A DNA stretch of 64,000 nt from Sphingobacteriaceae bacterium (GTDB lineage: Bacteria; Bacillota; Sulfobacillia; Thermaerobacterales; RSA17). Each line of letters starts with the position of its first letter. The first letter of the stretch is position 1. Below the pieces are notes generated by a model. That model saw nothing but the letters and a program-made list of their open reading frames with translations. It was not told the DNA's origin and searched no databases. The stretch is taken from the NCBI GenBank assembly GCA_035303785.1, contig DATGRI010000022.1, forward strand, positions 6,913 through 70,912. Direction: 5' to 3'. Below are positions 37,943 to 47,723 of this stretch, in pieces. Both the position numbers and the translations under genes were made by a program.

Positions 37943-39709
37943 TTAAGACCGGTCGGGGTCCCGGGGGCGCAGGAAGGAAGGCCGGGCCTGCTCGGCGGTG
38001 GCCGTTTTGCGGAAGACCACGTCCACCAGGGCCCGGCCGTTGAAGGGCACCAGGGGCCACAAGTAGGGCACGCCGAAGGAGCGGGTGGACAGCATGATCA
38101 GCAGTACCGCCAGCAGGCCCACCCCCAGGGCCGGCAGGCCGCCGATGCCCGCCAGCAGCAGAAGGAGCAGCCGCTGGATGCGGATGGCGTTGCTCAACTC
38201 AACGCTGGGGGTGGCGAAGTTGCCGATGGTGGCCAGGGCCACGTACAGGATGACCTCGGGCACAAAGAGGCCAACGCTCACGGCCAGCTCCCCCAGGAGG
38301 ATGGCGCCGATGATACCCAGGGAGGAAGCCAGGGTGTTGGGGGTATGGATCAAGGCCAGGCGGATGAGGTCGATGCCCATCTCGGCGAAGATCAGCTGCA
38401 GGTAAAGGGGAATGGGCCCCGGCCCCTCCCGGGGCCCGATGAAGCGGAGCCATTGGGGCAAGGTCTCCACCTGCAGGGTGGCGGCCAGCCAGAGGGCCGG
38501 GCCCAGCCAGGACAGGAAGACGCCGAAGTAGCGCAGCAGGCGGATGTACATGCCGATGAGGGGATCCTCGTGGAATTCCTGGGCGTGCTGCAGGTGATGG
38601 AAAAAGGTGATGGGCAGCAGCATGACCGCCGGCGATGTGTCGGTGATGATGGCCAGGTGCCCTTCCAGCAGGTGGACGGCCGCCACATCGGGCCGTTCGG
38701 TGAACCGGACCGTGGGGAACAAGTTCCAGATGTGGCGCCGCCCCACGAGAAATTCCTGGATGGTCCGCTCCGCCATGGGCACCCCGTCGGTGGTGATGGC
38801 CTTCAGCTTGCTGCGGATTTGGTCCACCATGCGGGGATCGGCGATGTCCTTGATGTAGGTCAGGACCACGTCGGTCTTGGAGCGGGTGCCCACGGTGGTC
38901 ATCTCCATCCGCAGGCGGGGGTCCCGCAGCCGGCGGCGGATGAGGGCCGTGTTGTAAACCAGGGTTTCGGCGAAGCCGTCCCGGGGGCCCCGGATGACCC
39001 GCTCCAGGTCGGGCTCTTCCGTGTCCCGGGCGGGGTAGGTGCGCATGTCCAGCAGGATGGCCCGGCTGGAGCCTTCCACCAAGATGGCCGTCTGCCCCGC
39101 CAGGACGGCGTCCACTACCTGGTCCAAGGTGTCCGCCGCCTCGGTTTCGATGTAGCCGATGCCGGCCCGCTGCAGGTTCCGGCCGAACTCCTCCTCTTTG
39201 CCCTCCAGCAGCTGGGGGCCCTGGCTGTTGATGAACTGGACGACCCGCAGCAGGACGTCGTCCTTGACGAAGCCGTCCACCGCCACCAGGAGGCCCTGCC
39301 GCCCGGCCAGCTGCAGCGGCCGCATCAAGATGTCGAAGCTCTCGCCGTAGCCCAGCTCCCGGGCCAGGTAGTCCCGGTTGGCGTCCAGCCGGGTGCTCAC
39401 CTTCACCGGAGGCGCCTGGCCCGGCTCTTCCTGCAGGGCCGAGACGTCCGCCGGCGAGGTCCCTTGGTCCTGCCCTTGGTCCTGCCGGCTTTCATCCTTT
39501 TGGCCGCCCGCCGCCGGCCGGCCGTTGTCACCACCCAGCCGGACGGCTGCCCAGGTTTCCCTTGGGTGATCGCCGGCTTGCCCATTTTGGGGCCCGCGGC
39601 GGACACCTATGGCCAAGGGCCTGGATTTCAGGCGGCCGGGCTGCCTTGCTTTGGGCCGGAGACGGGACCGGCGGCGGGTGGCGGCGGGCCGCTGCTGGTG
39701 GTTGGTCAT
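37943..39709 (-). CDS. spoVAF: Stage V sporulation protein AF (GerA family)
   Basis: GESFDI, RTYPAR, RGPRDGFAETL, NTALIRRR, TERPD, HLLEG; follows spoVAC-D-E. Confidence 0.9.
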   Translation of the reverse strand: MTNHQQRPAATRRRSRLRPKARQPGRLKSRPLAIGVRRGPQNGQAGDHPRETWAAVRLGGDNGRPAAGGQKDESRQDQGQDQGTSPADVSALQEEPGQAPPVKVSTRLDANRDYLARELGYGESFDILMRPLQLAGRQGLLVAVDGFVKDDVLLRVVQFINSQGPQLLEGKEEEFGRNLQRAGIGYIETEAADTLDQVVDAVLAGQTAILVEGSSRAILLDMRTYPARDTEEPDLERVIRGPRDGFAETLVYNTALIRRRLRDPRLRMEMTTVGTRSKTDVVLTYIKDIADPRMVDQIRSKLKAITTDGVPMAERTIQEFLVGRRHIWNLFPTVRFTERPDVAAVHLLEGHLAIITDTSPAVMLLPITFFHHLQHAQEFHEDPLIGMYIRLLRYFGVFLSWLGPALWLAATLQVETLPQWLRFIGPREGPGPIPLYLQLIFAEMGIDLIRLALIHTPNTLASSLGIIGAILLGELAVSVGLFVPEVILYVALATIGNFATPSVELSNAIRIQRLLLLLLAGIGGLPALGVGLLAVLLIMLSTRSFGVPYLWPLVPFNGRALVDVVFRKTATAEQARPSFLRPRDPDRS

Positions 39710-39713
39710 GGGG

Positions 39714-40064
39714 CTACCCCTTGGGATTGAACAGGATGCTGGCGGTGAAGCCCAGCAGGATGGCGGCGGTGAGGCCCAGGGCCGTGGCTTCCAGCCCCCC
39801 GGTGATGAGGCCGATCCAGCCCTTGCCCTTGGCGGCCGTCAAGGAGCCTTGCACCAGGGCGTGGCCGAACCCCGTCAGGGGCACCGTGGCCCCCGCCCCT
39901 GCCAGGTTCACCAGGGGCTCGTAGAGGCCGGCGGCCGAGGCCAGGCCCCCCAAGCCGACGAAAAGCACCATGGTGTGGGCGGGGGTCAGGGGCGTCAAGT
40001 CCAGGACCAATTGGGCCAGCACGCACAGCAGCCCCCCCACGATGACGGCCCACAGGAAGCTCAC
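39714..40064 (-). CDS. spoVAE: Stage V sporulation protein AE (SpoVAEb)
   Basis: AVIVGGLLCVLAQL, AGAGATVPLTGFG, FNPKG. Confidence 0.95.
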   Translation of the reverse strand: MSFLWAVIVGGLLCVLAQLVLDLTPLTPAHTMVLFVGLGGLASAAGLYEPLVNLAGAGATVPLTGFGHALVQGSLTAAKGKGWIGLITGGLEATALGLTAAILLGFTASILFNPKG

Positions 40065-41203
40065 CGGCCCCGCTCCTTTCCGGCCCCCGGAGCCTCCATG
40101 GCGATGGCATGGGCGATCCCGGGGATATTTTCCCCTTGATGGGCGGAGGTCTTGCTGAGGAGGGCCCCCGTGGACACCAGGAGGAGCCGGCCGATGCGGC
40201 CTTCCTGCAGGTCACGGAAGACCTGGGCGGCGAACACCAGGGCCGACGAGGCGCAGCCGCTGGCGCCGGCCCCCACCCCCTGCTCCGGGTGGTACACCCG
40301 CAGGCCGCAGTCGTCCATGACGCCGCTCACGTCCAGGCCGTCCTCCGCCAGCAGTTCCATGGCGATGGGCAGGCCCACCCGCGACAGGTCGCCGGTCAAA
40401 ATCAAGTCGTAGTGGTCGGGTCCCACCTGGAGGTCCGCCAGGTGCCGGCGGATGGTGTCGGCGGCGGCGGGAGCCATGGCCGACCCCAGGTCAAAGGGAT
40501 TCTTGATGCCCATGTCCACCACCCGGCCGAAGGTGGCATGGGTGATGCGGGGCCGGGCGTCGTCATCGCCCCGGTATTCGCCGCTGCCGCCGGTGTCGCC
40601 GTCGTTGTCCCCGGCCGTAATGACCACGGCGCCCGCCCCCGTCACCGTCCATTGGGCCGTGGGGGGGCGCTGGACCGCCAGTTCCGTCGGGTAGCGGTAC
40701 TGCCGCTCGGCGGTGTCGTGGTGGCTGCAGACGGCAGCGATGGTCCGCCGGGCATAGCCGCCGTCCACGGCCATGGCGGCGATGCCGATGGCCTCGGTCA
40801 GGGCCGAGCAGGCGCCGAAGATGCCCAGGAAGGGGATGTCCAGGTGCCGGGCGGCGAAACTGCTGGCGATAATCTCGTTAAGCAGATCCCCGGCCACCAG
40901 CATGTCCACGTCCCCGACCGCCAGGCCCGCCTTATCCGCCGCCAGTTCCACGGCCTCGCACAGCATGCGGGTTTCGGCCAATTCCCAGCTTTTCTCCCCC
41001 AGCAGGCTGTCTTGGTAGACCACGTCCAGCAGCCGGCCCAGGGGGCCGTCCCCTTCCATGGGGCCCCCCACGGCAGCCGTGGCGGCGATGCGGGGCCGGG
41101 AGGAAAAGGCGATGGTCCGCTGCCCGATGCGGGGGCCGGTCCGGGTGCCCGCCCGGCCGGCGGCCAGGGTCGTGGTGGCCTGGGTTCCTTCCTGCACAGC
41201 CAA
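40061..41203 (-). CDS. spoVAD: Stage V sporulation protein AD
   Basis: EGDGPLG, SWELAE, AGDLLN, GIFGACS, AERQYRYP, GASGCAS, TGALLS. Confidence 0.96.
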   Translation of the reverse strand: MAVQEGTQATTTLAAGRAGTRTGPRIGQRTIAFSSRPRIAATAAVGGPMEGDGPLGRLLDVVYQDSLLGEKSWELAETRMLCEAVELAADKAGLAVGDVDMLVAGDLLNEIIASSFAARHLDIPFLGIFGACSALTEAIGIAAMAVDGGYARRTIAAVCSHHDTAERQYRYPTELAVQRPPTAQWTVTGAGAVVITAGDNDGDTGGSGEYRGDDDARPRITHATFGRVVDMGIKNPFDLGSAMAPAAADTIRRHLADLQVGPDHYDLILTGDLSRVGLPIAMELLAEDGLDVSGVMDDCGLRVYHPEQGVGAGASGCASSALVFAAQVFRDLQEGRIGRLLLVSTGALLSKTSAHQGENIPGIAHAIAMEAPGAGKERGR

Positions 41204-41218
41204 TGACCTCCTCCCCCC

Positions 41219-41671
41219 TTACGGCCCCCGGAGGGCGTAGCGCACCGCCGCCGCCAGGACCGATATGACCAGCCCGTAAACGATGACGGGTCCGGCCACG
41301 GTGAACATGCGGGCGCCCACCCCCAGGACCATGCCCTCCCGCTTGTACTCCATGGCGGGGGCCACAATGGAGTTGGCGAAGCCGCTGATGGGCAGGGAGG
41401 CCCCCATGCCGGCCCAGCGGCCCAGGCGGTCGTAGACGCCCAGGCCCGTCAGCAGGGCGCCTGCCAGGATGATGACGGCGGCGGTGGCGCCGGTGGCCTC
41501 CCGCAAGTCCAGGCCCCGGACCCGGAAAAAGGTGAGGATCATCTGGCCCAGGCCGGTGATGGCGCCCCCGGCGATGAAGGCGGTGACCACATTGCGCAGC
41601 ACCGGCGGCTTGGGGCGATGGCGGCGTGCCCGCTGTTCATATTGCCGGGCCTGTTCCTGGGAGCCTTTCAA
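41219..41671 (-). CDS. spoVAC: Stage V sporulation protein AC
   Basis: AFIAGG, GMGASLPISGFANS, EGMVLGVG, MFTVAGPVIVYG. Confidence 0.96.
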   Translation of the reverse strand: MKGSQEQARQYEQRARRHRPKPPVLRNVVTAFIAGGAITGLGQMILTFFRVRGLDLREATGATAAVIILAGALLTGLGVYDRLGRWAGMGASLPISGFANSIVAPAMEYKREGMVLGVGARMFTVAGPVIVYGLVISVLAAAVRYALRGP

Positions 41672-41692
41672 GCCGATCCCCCGCTCCCGCCG

Positions 41693-41947
41693 TCAAACCT
41701 GGGCCGGCACGCGGCCGGACGCCTGCCGCGTGGAATTGCGCCGGCTGTTGTCCACGGCGAAGGCCAGTTTCACGTTGGCCTTCCACTCGACGATCTTGCC
41801 GTCCTGGACGTTGGCGGTGAGATTGTAAACTTCCACGCCGCTGATGTTGTCGATGGTGCGGGCGGCCTCGGTGACCGCCTGCTCCACCGCGTCGAACCAG
41901 TCCTTTTTCGACTGGCCTACCAGTTCCACAACTTTGACCACTTCCAT
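41693..41947 (-). CDS. Dodecin family flavin-binding protein
   Basis: VKVVELVGQS..W..AV..AV..AA.T...I.GVEV ... DGKIVEWKANVKLAF dodecin pattern. Confidence 0.88.
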   Translation of the reverse strand: MEVVKVVELVGQSKKDWFDAVEQAVTEAARTIDNISGVEVYNLTANVQDGKIVEWKANVKLAFAVDNSRRNSTRQASGRVPAQV

Positions 41948-42022
41948 GGACGCTGCCCCCCGATGGTTGAGTGGGCTCGGCGGGAGCGGTCCAAAAGCAT
42001 CGGACGCCCGCGCCGGCGCCAG

Positions 42023-42029
42023 TAGTATG
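42023..42029 (-). promoter_or_regulatory. Candidate sigmaG -10 element for dodecin-spoVA
   Basis: Perfect CATACTA on the minus strand; -35 poorly conserved. Confidence 0.4.
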
Positions 42030-42094
42030 TGCCGAACGGTCAAAAAGCAAGGCAGAAAGGAGGTGGGGAAGCCTGTCAGGGGTGCCGGACCGTG

Positions 42095-42862
42095 TCATAT
42101 TTGGCCGGAACCGGCCGCCCGGCGCAAAATGTCCAAGGCCTGCCGCTCCAGGCGGGACACCTGCCCTTGGGACAGGCCCAAAGCCGCCGCCGTCTCCTGC
42201 TGGGTGCGGCCCGCGGCGTAGCGCAAGGCCAGCAGCCGCCGCATCCGCGGGGGCAGCCGCAACAACATGGCCTCCACGTCCAGCCGATGGATCACCGCCG
42301 CCGGCCCCTCCCCCGGGTCCGCCAGGCCGGCCAGGTCATCCAGGGATGCGGGCCGCCGCAGGGCCTCCTGGGCTTCCAGCACCCGGGCCACATCCACCTG
42401 GAGGTAGCGGGCCACGGCGTGGGCTGTCGGCTCCCGGCCGTGGCGGGCCCGCAGCACCTCCCGGGCCGCCTCGGCCCGCCGGGCCAGATCCGCCAGATCC
42501 CCCGCCGCCCGCACGGGCTGCTGGGACCGGATGAAGCGGCGCATCTCGCCCAGGATGAAGGGCACGGCGTAGGTGGCGAAGCGGTGCCCCCGGCGGGGAT
42601 CGAAGCCGTCCACGGCCTTGAGCAGGCCCACAACGCCGGCCTGCACCAAGTCGTCTTTGAAGGAGGGATCCCAAGGGAAGCTGCCGGCAAACCGGGCGGC
42701 GGCGCTGTGGACCAGGCCCAGATGAAGCTCCACCAGGTCATGGCGGGCTGCGGGGTCGCCGTTCAAGCGGCGCTGCCAGAGGGAGGCTTCGTGCGGGTCC
42801 AAGTGGGGCCACCGGCTGCCGGCTTCCTCCGGCTCCCGGGGCATTGCGGTCACCCCCCGCAT
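42095..42862 (-). CDS. sigF: Forespore sigma factor sigmaF
   Basis: DLVQAGVVGLLKAVDGFD, FATYAVP, TQQETAAALGLSQGQVSRLE; third gene of spoIIA. Confidence 0.9.
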   Translation of the reverse strand: MRGVTAMPREPEEAGSRWPHLDPHEASLWQRRLNGDPAARHDLVELHLGLVHSAAARFAGSFPWDPSFKDDLVQAGVVGLLKAVDGFDPRRGHRFATYAVPFILGEMRRFIRSQQPVRAAGDLADLARRAEAAREVLRARHGREPTAHAVARYLQVDVARVLEAQEALRRPASLDDLAGLADPGEGPAAVIHRLDVEAMLLRLPPRMRRLLALRYAAGRTQQETAAALGLSQGQVSRLERQALDILRRAAGSGQI

Positions 42863-42919
42863 ATCCGGCCTGCCGGGGCCGGGGCGCCGGGACGGGACGG
42901 CCTGCCGGCCTGAAGGCTC

Positions 42920-43369
42920 CTAGGACGGGCTGGGCACAGGGGCTTTGACCAGGTGCTTGCGCATGATGACGGTGGTGCCCTCACCGGGTGTAGATACAAC
43001 CTGCAGGTCGTCCATGAAGGTTTCCATGAAGGTGAAGCCCATCCCCATCCGTTCCGGGTCCGAGCTGTAGGCGGCCTGGCGGGCCTGCCCGATGTCGGCG
43101 ATGCCGATGCCTTCGTCGCTGACGGTCACCGTCAGCCCCTGCTCACCGATCTCCGCTTCCAAGGTGAGGAGGCCGGGACCGGCCGGGTAGGCGTGGACCA
43201 CCACGTTGGTGACGGCCTCGTTGACGGCGATCTTGATTTCCTCCAGATCGTGGAGGGTGAAGTCCAGCTGACCCGCCAGGGCGGCCACCGCCAGGCGGGC
43301 GATGCCCAGGTTCTCGGCCTTGGCCGGCATGCGCAGGACGAAGAAGTTGCTGGTGCCCCCGGACATCAT
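42920..43369 (-). CDS. spoIIAB: Anti-sigmaF factor / kinase
   Basis: NEAVTNVVVHAY, DEGIGI, ERMGMGFTFMETFMD, GTTVIMRK. Confidence 0.97.
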   Translation of the reverse strand: MMSGGTSNFFVLRMPAKAENLGIARLAVAALAGQLDFTLHDLEEIKIAVNEAVTNVVVHAYPAGPGLLTLEAEIGEQGLTVTVSDEGIGIADIGQARQAAYSSDPERMGMGFTFMETFMDDLQVVSTPGEGTTVIMRKHLVKAPVPSPS

Positions 43370-43719
43370 CGCCCGCCTCCCTGCCGGACCCCGCCCATGA
43401 GGGCTTGGCGCTGGGAGCGGTACAGGGGCATCAATCGCGGTATGCCCGCCATCTCCAGCAGTGCGCGGATATGGGGCGGCGGCGCCACCAGGCTCACCTG
43501 GCCGCCATGCTCCACAATGCGCCGGTAGCGGCCCATCAATACGCCCAGTCCTGAGGAATCAACGAAACGCAGGTCTTTGAGCACCAGGATCAGGTGCCGG
43601 CAGCCGCTGTCGATGGCCCCGTCGGCCCGCAGGCGGAAGTCGGCGGCGGTATGCTCGTCCAATTCTCCTACCAGCCGCATGATGCACGTGCCGCCGGCCC
43701 GCTCTTCGAAAATCTGCAA
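43366..43719 (-). CDS. spoIIAA: Anti-anti-sigmaF factor
   Basis: RLVGELDEH, FVDSSGLGVLMGRY STAS motif. Confidence 0.96.
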   Translation of the reverse strand: MQIFEERAGGTCIMRLVGELDEHTAADFRLRADGAIDSGCRHLILVLKDLRFVDSSGLGVLMGRYRRIVEHGGQVSLVAPPPHIRALLEMAGIPRLMPLYRSQRQALMGGVRQGGGR

Positions 43720-43754
43720 GGCCCCGTCGCCCCTCTCCCAACTGCTCTGGGGCC

Positions 43755-43820
43755 GTTTCGCCCGGGGCCGGTCCCCTTCCTGCCGGGAAATTTCGACCCC
43801 TGGGGACGACGGGTGTCGAA
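43755..43820 (-). promoter_or_regulatory. sigmaH promoter with Spo0A boxes for spoIIA
   Basis: Minus strand GCAGGA-N18-GAAAC; 0A-like GGTCGAA (minus strand, 43792-43798) and perfect TGTCGAA (plus strand, 43814-43820). Confidence 0.65.
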
Positions 43821-43831
43821 AGCCCGTGCGC

Positions 43832-45043
43832 CTACCGGAAGGGCCAGGTCAGGTGGATCAGGCGCAGCCAGAGGCCCACGGGCGTCAATTTGTCCACCCT
43901 TTGGGCCGCCACCAGGTCCACGCCGCCCGCCGGCCGCCCGTCATGGCGCACCGTCAGCCGGCCCAAGACCTGGCCCTTGTCGATGGGGGCCGTCAGATGG
44001 CCGGCCAGGGTGATTTCCTGTTCCAGTTGGTCCGCCCGGCCCCGGGGCACCACCACCCCCAGGTCGTCCCCGGCCACCACGTCCAGTTCCGCCACGTGGC
44101 CTTTATGGACCCGCAGGCGCTGGACCCTTTCCCCGGCGTCGATGATGGATACGGGCTCCCAGTTGGCGAAGGCCCAGTCCAGCAGCCGGGCCGCTTCCCG
44201 GTCCCTCTGGGGCCGGCTGGGATGGCCCATGAGCACCACCAAGAAGCGGGCGTTATCCCGCAGGGCCGTGGCGGCGATGCCGAAGCCGGCCCGGGAGGTG
44301 TGGCCCGTCTTCAGGCCATCCACGCCCCGGACGGTCCGCACCATGCGGTTGGTGTTGACCAGTTCGCAGCACTGGCCGGCGTCGGGGTCCCGCACCTTGT
44401 CCCGGTATATGGCCGTCAAGGACAGGATGTCGGGATGGCGGCGGATGAGTTCCCGGGCGGCGACGGCCACGTCCATGGCCGACATGTGGTGGTCTTCCAG
44501 TTCCAGCCCGTCGTCGATGCCGTGGGGATTGTGGAAGCGGGTGTTGGCCATGCCCAGTTCCCCGGCCCGCCGGTTCATCTCCGCCACGAAGCCGTCCACG
44601 CTGCCCGCCACGTGCTCGGCCAGGGCCGTGGCGGAGTCGTTGGCCGAGGCGACGGCCACCGCCTTGAGGAGATCCCGGAAGGCCATGACCTCCCCCGGGG
44701 CCAGGAAGATTTGGGTCCCGCCCCAGCCGGCGGCTTCCGCCGACACCTCCACCTGGTCGTCCAGGGACACCCGTCCCGCCGCCACAGCATCCAGGATCAC
44801 CAGCAAGGTCATGATCTTGGTCAGGCTGGCGGGAAAGCGGGGCGTGTGGGCGTCCCGCTCCAGCAGGACTGTGCCCGTGAGCACATCCATCACCACCACC
44901 GACGGCGCTTCCATGCCCGCCAAAAGGGCGGCGCCGCCGGCATCGGCCGCCGTCGCCGGGGACGGCAGCAGCAGGGCCCCCAAGAGTACGGCTGCCGCCA
45001 GGCGGCGGGGCCACCGCCCGGCCCTTCGGTCTCGTTCCTTCAC
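43832..45043 (-). CDS. dacF: D-alanyl-D-alanine carboxypeptidase DacF
   Basis: PASLTK (SxxK), SAND (SxN), KTG; directly upstream of spoIIAA. Confidence 0.93.
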   Translation of the reverse strand: MKERDRRAGRWPRRLAAAVLLGALLLPSPATAADAGGAALLAGMEAPSVVVMDVLTGTVLLERDAHTPRFPASLTKIMTLLVILDAVAAGRVSLDDQVEVSAEAAGWGGTQIFLAPGEVMAFRDLLKAVAVASANDSATALAEHVAGSVDGFVAEMNRRAGELGMANTRFHNPHGIDDGLELEDHHMSAMDVAVAARELIRRHPDILSLTAIYRDKVRDPDAGQCCELVNTNRMVRTVRGVDGLKTGHTSRAGFGIAATALRDNARFLVVLMGHPSRPQRDREAARLLDWAFANWEPVSIIDAGERVQRLRVHKGHVAELDVVAGDDLGVVVPRGRADQLEQEITLAGHLTAPIDKGQVLGRLTVRHDGRPAGGVDLVAAQRVDKLTPVGLWLRLIHLTWPFR

Positions 45044-45192
45044 CCGGAGAATCCCTCCCATGAAGCCACGCCCATGGCCCGCTTGGTCACAGCGGTCTCT
45101 GGCCCTAGGGTCTCCCCATCGGGCCGGGGGAAGTGAAGGAGTTTTATGCCTGCCCTGGCAGGCGGTGGTTCAGGAGAAGGATGGGGTTGCCG

Positions 45193-46077
45193 TCAGGCGT
45201 GGGGATGGGCCCGGGAGTATTCTTCCCGCACCCGGTGGCGGCTGATGAAAGTGTAGATCTGGGTGGTGGAGATGTCGGCATGGCCCAGCATGGCCTGGAT
45301 GGAGCGCAGGTCGGCGCCGTTGTCCAGCAGGTGGGTGGCGAAGGAATGGCGCAAGGTGTGGGGCGTGATCTTCGTCTCCAGGCCGGCCTGGTCCGCGTAC
45401 TTCTTCAAGATCTTCCAAAAGCCCTGACGGGTGAGGCGCCGCCCGTGCTGGTTGACGAAGAGGGCCTTGACCCCGGGATCCCGGATCAAGGCGTTGCGCC
45501 CCTTAGCCAGGTAGGCGGCAACGGCCACCGAGGCCATGGACCCCAGGGGCACCATCCGCTCCCGGGAACCCTTGCCCATGCAGCGGATGTAGCCCCGGTC
45601 CAAGTTGACGTGGTTGACGTCCAGGGTTACCAGTTCGGAAACCCGCAGCCCTGTGGCGTAAAGCAGCTCCAGCATGGCCCGGTCCCGCAGCCCCGCGGGG
45701 CGGCTGGTGTCGGGCTGGGCCAGAAGGCGCTCGATTTCCTCCACCGTCAGCACGTGGGGCAGGCGCTTGGGCGGCTTGGGCGACTCCAGGTTGGCCGTGG
45801 GATCCGACTGGATTCGGTCTTCCCGCACCAAGTATTGGAAAAAGGATTTCAAGGCGGCGGAGCGGCGGGCAATGGTGGCGGGAGACCGTCCTTCCCGCTG
45901 GAGGGTGCTCAGGTAGCTGGTGATGGTTTGCTCGTCGATCTGGGACAGGCTTTGCTGCTGCTCCTGCAGGAATGCGTTGAAGTGGGCCAGGTCGCGGCCA
46001 TAGGATTCCAAGGTGTTGGCCGCCAAGCCTCGCTCCACGTCCAGATAGGCTAGGAACTCCTGCAGTTCGGCATGCAA
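45193..46077 (-). CDS. xerD: Tyrosine recombinase XerD (RipX)
   Basis: RDRAMLELLYATGLRVSEL, GKGSRERMVP, HTLRHSFATHLL, LGHADISTTQIY. Confidence 0.96.
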   Translation of the reverse strand: MHAELQEFLAYLDVERGLAANTLESYGRDLAHFNAFLQEQQQSLSQIDEQTITSYLSTLQREGRSPATIARRSAALKSFFQYLVREDRIQSDPTANLESPKPPKRLPHVLTVEEIERLLAQPDTSRPAGLRDRAMLELLYATGLRVSELVTLDVNHVNLDRGYIRCMGKGSRERMVPLGSMASVAVAAYLAKGRNALIRDPGVKALFVNQHGRRLTRQGFWKILKKYADQAGLETKITPHTLRHSFATHLLDNGADLRSIQAMLGHADISTTQIYTFISRHRVREEYSRAHPHA

Positions 46078-46121
46078 TGCCAGCCACCCCTCTTGCGGCC
46101 GGACTCCTGAGACCCAGATTG

Positions 46122-46403
46122 TCACCCCGCCGGCGGGTTTATGCCGGCGGGGCGACATAAGATGCTTCTACAACTTGCCAGCGATTCCTCCACTTGGGTG
46201 TTGCCCATGGGAAAGCGAGGCTCCGGCACCGGCTTGGGTCCCAGCATCCAGGCCAGGGCCTCCAGGAGCCGGGGCAGGACCAAGCCCAGGATGATGAGCA
46301 GTACCACTATGCGCGCCACCGTCCACAGCCGCTGCAGGGGTTCCGTCAGGCCGACGATCCGGATCCGGACCCGGCGCCGCTGCTCCATGGCCACCATCTC
46401 CAC
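46122..46403 (-). CDS. Small membrane protein (positional equivalent of YqzK)
   Basis: Single TM segment; lies directly upstream of xerD like yqzK in Bacillus; sequence homology not established. Confidence 0.55.
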   Translation of the reverse strand: MEMVAMEQRRRVRIRIVGLTEPLQRLWTVARIVVLLIILGLVLPRLLEALAWMLGPKPVPEPRFPMGNTQVEESLASCRSILCRPAGINPPAG

Positions 46404-46472
46404 CCGGCGAAATGAGGGAGCATGGTAATGAATACGGCGCCGGCCGTCTCCTCAGCACTCCCCGCCTGCCCG

Positions 46473-47597
46473 TCAGCGGGCCGGCGTCAGCAGGCCGTCC
46501 AGGGGCTGGTAGGGCAGGCCGTGGGCCTCGGCTACCCCGGGATGGGTGATGTAGCCCCGGAAGCAGTTGACCCCTTTGGCCAAAGCGGGGTCGTCGTGGC
46601 TGGCCGCCTCCACCCCTTTGCCGGCCAGGGCCATGACATAGGGCAGGGTGGCGTTGGTCAAGGCTATGGTGGACGTGCGGGGCACCGCCCCAGGGATGTT
46701 GGGGACGGCGTAGTGGAGCACGCCGTGCTTCACGTACACCGGGTCGGCATGGGATGTGACCCGGTCGCAGGTTTCGATGCAGCCCCCCTGGTCGATGGCC
46801 ACGTCGATGATGACGGAGCCCGGCTTCATGTTCTGCACCATTTCCTCGGTGACCAAGGTGGGGGTGCGGGCCCCGGGCACCAGGACGGCGCCCACCAGCA
46901 GATCGGCTTGGGCCACGGCTTCGGCTATGGACATGGGATTGGACATGAGGGTGACGATTTGGCGGCCGAACATGTTGTCCAAATAAGTAAGACGGTTCAG
47001 GTTCACCTCGAACAACGTCACCTGGGCCCCCAGGCCGCTGGCGATGCGGGCGGCGTTGATGCCCACTATGCCGCCCCCCATGATGACCACCTTGCCGGGG
47101 GCCACGCCGGGCACGCCCGCCAGCAGGATGCCCCGGCCGCCGGCGTTCTGCTCCAGGAGGCGGGCGCCGATCTGGGGCACCATGCGCCCCGCCACCTCGC
47201 TCATGGGCTTGAGCAGGGGCAGGGTCCCATCTTCCAGCTGCACCGTTTCATAGGCCACCGCCGACACCTGGCGTTCCTGCAGGAGACGCGTCACTTCGGG
47301 CTGGGCGGCCAAATGCAGGTAGGCGAAGAAAATCTGCCCGGGCCGGAGGAGGTCAAATTCCTCGGGCTGGGGTTCCTTGACCTTGACGATGAGTTCAGCG
47401 CCGTAAACTTCCGCCGGGTCGGCCACGATGTCGGCGCCGGCGGCTGCATACTCGGCATCGGGAAAGCCGCTGCGCTCGCCGGCCCCCTTCTCCACCAGCA
47501 CCCGATGGCCCGCCTGGACCAGGGCGGCGGCGCCGAAAGGTGTCAGGCCGACTCGGTTCTCATTTGGCTTTTTCTCTCTGGGAACGCCGATAAGCAA
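46473..47597 (-). CDS. ald: Alanine dehydrogenase
   Basis: [53 protein letters not shown]. Confidence 0.97.
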   Translation of the reverse strand: MLIGVPREKKPNENRVGLTPFGAAALVQAGHRVLVEKGAGERSGFPDAEYAAAGADIVADPAEVYGAELIVKVKEPQPEEFDLLRPGQIFFAYLHLAAQPEVTRLLQERQVSAVAYETVQLEDGTLPLLKPMSEVAGRMVPQIGARLLEQNAGGRGILLAGVPGVAPGKVVIMGGGIVGINAARIASGLGAQVTLFEVNLNRLTYLDNMFGRQIVTLMSNPMSIAEAVAQADLLVGAVLVPGARTPTLVTEEMVQNMKPGSVIIDVAIDQGGCIETCDRVTSHADPVYVKHGVLHYAVPNIPGAVPRTSTIALTNATLPYVMALAGKGVEAASHDDPALAKGVNCFRGYITHPGVAEAHGLPYQPLDGLLTPAR

Positions 47598-47723
47598 TGA
47601 TGAATCCCCCCTGTGGGGACAGTTTGTCCCTCCAGCCTACAGCCTTGGCGACCGGTAACAATATGCCGGCCGTCAAAAAGCATATCCCGTTTTGTTTGCT
47701 TTTGCAGGCGAGTTTCCTGCTTT

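Noticed and set aside
45193-46077. Tyrosine recombinase as a sign of an integrated mobile element
   Set aside because: The sequence and dacF/spoIIA context are those of chromosomal XerD/RipX. No att sites, phage genes or GC shift were seen.
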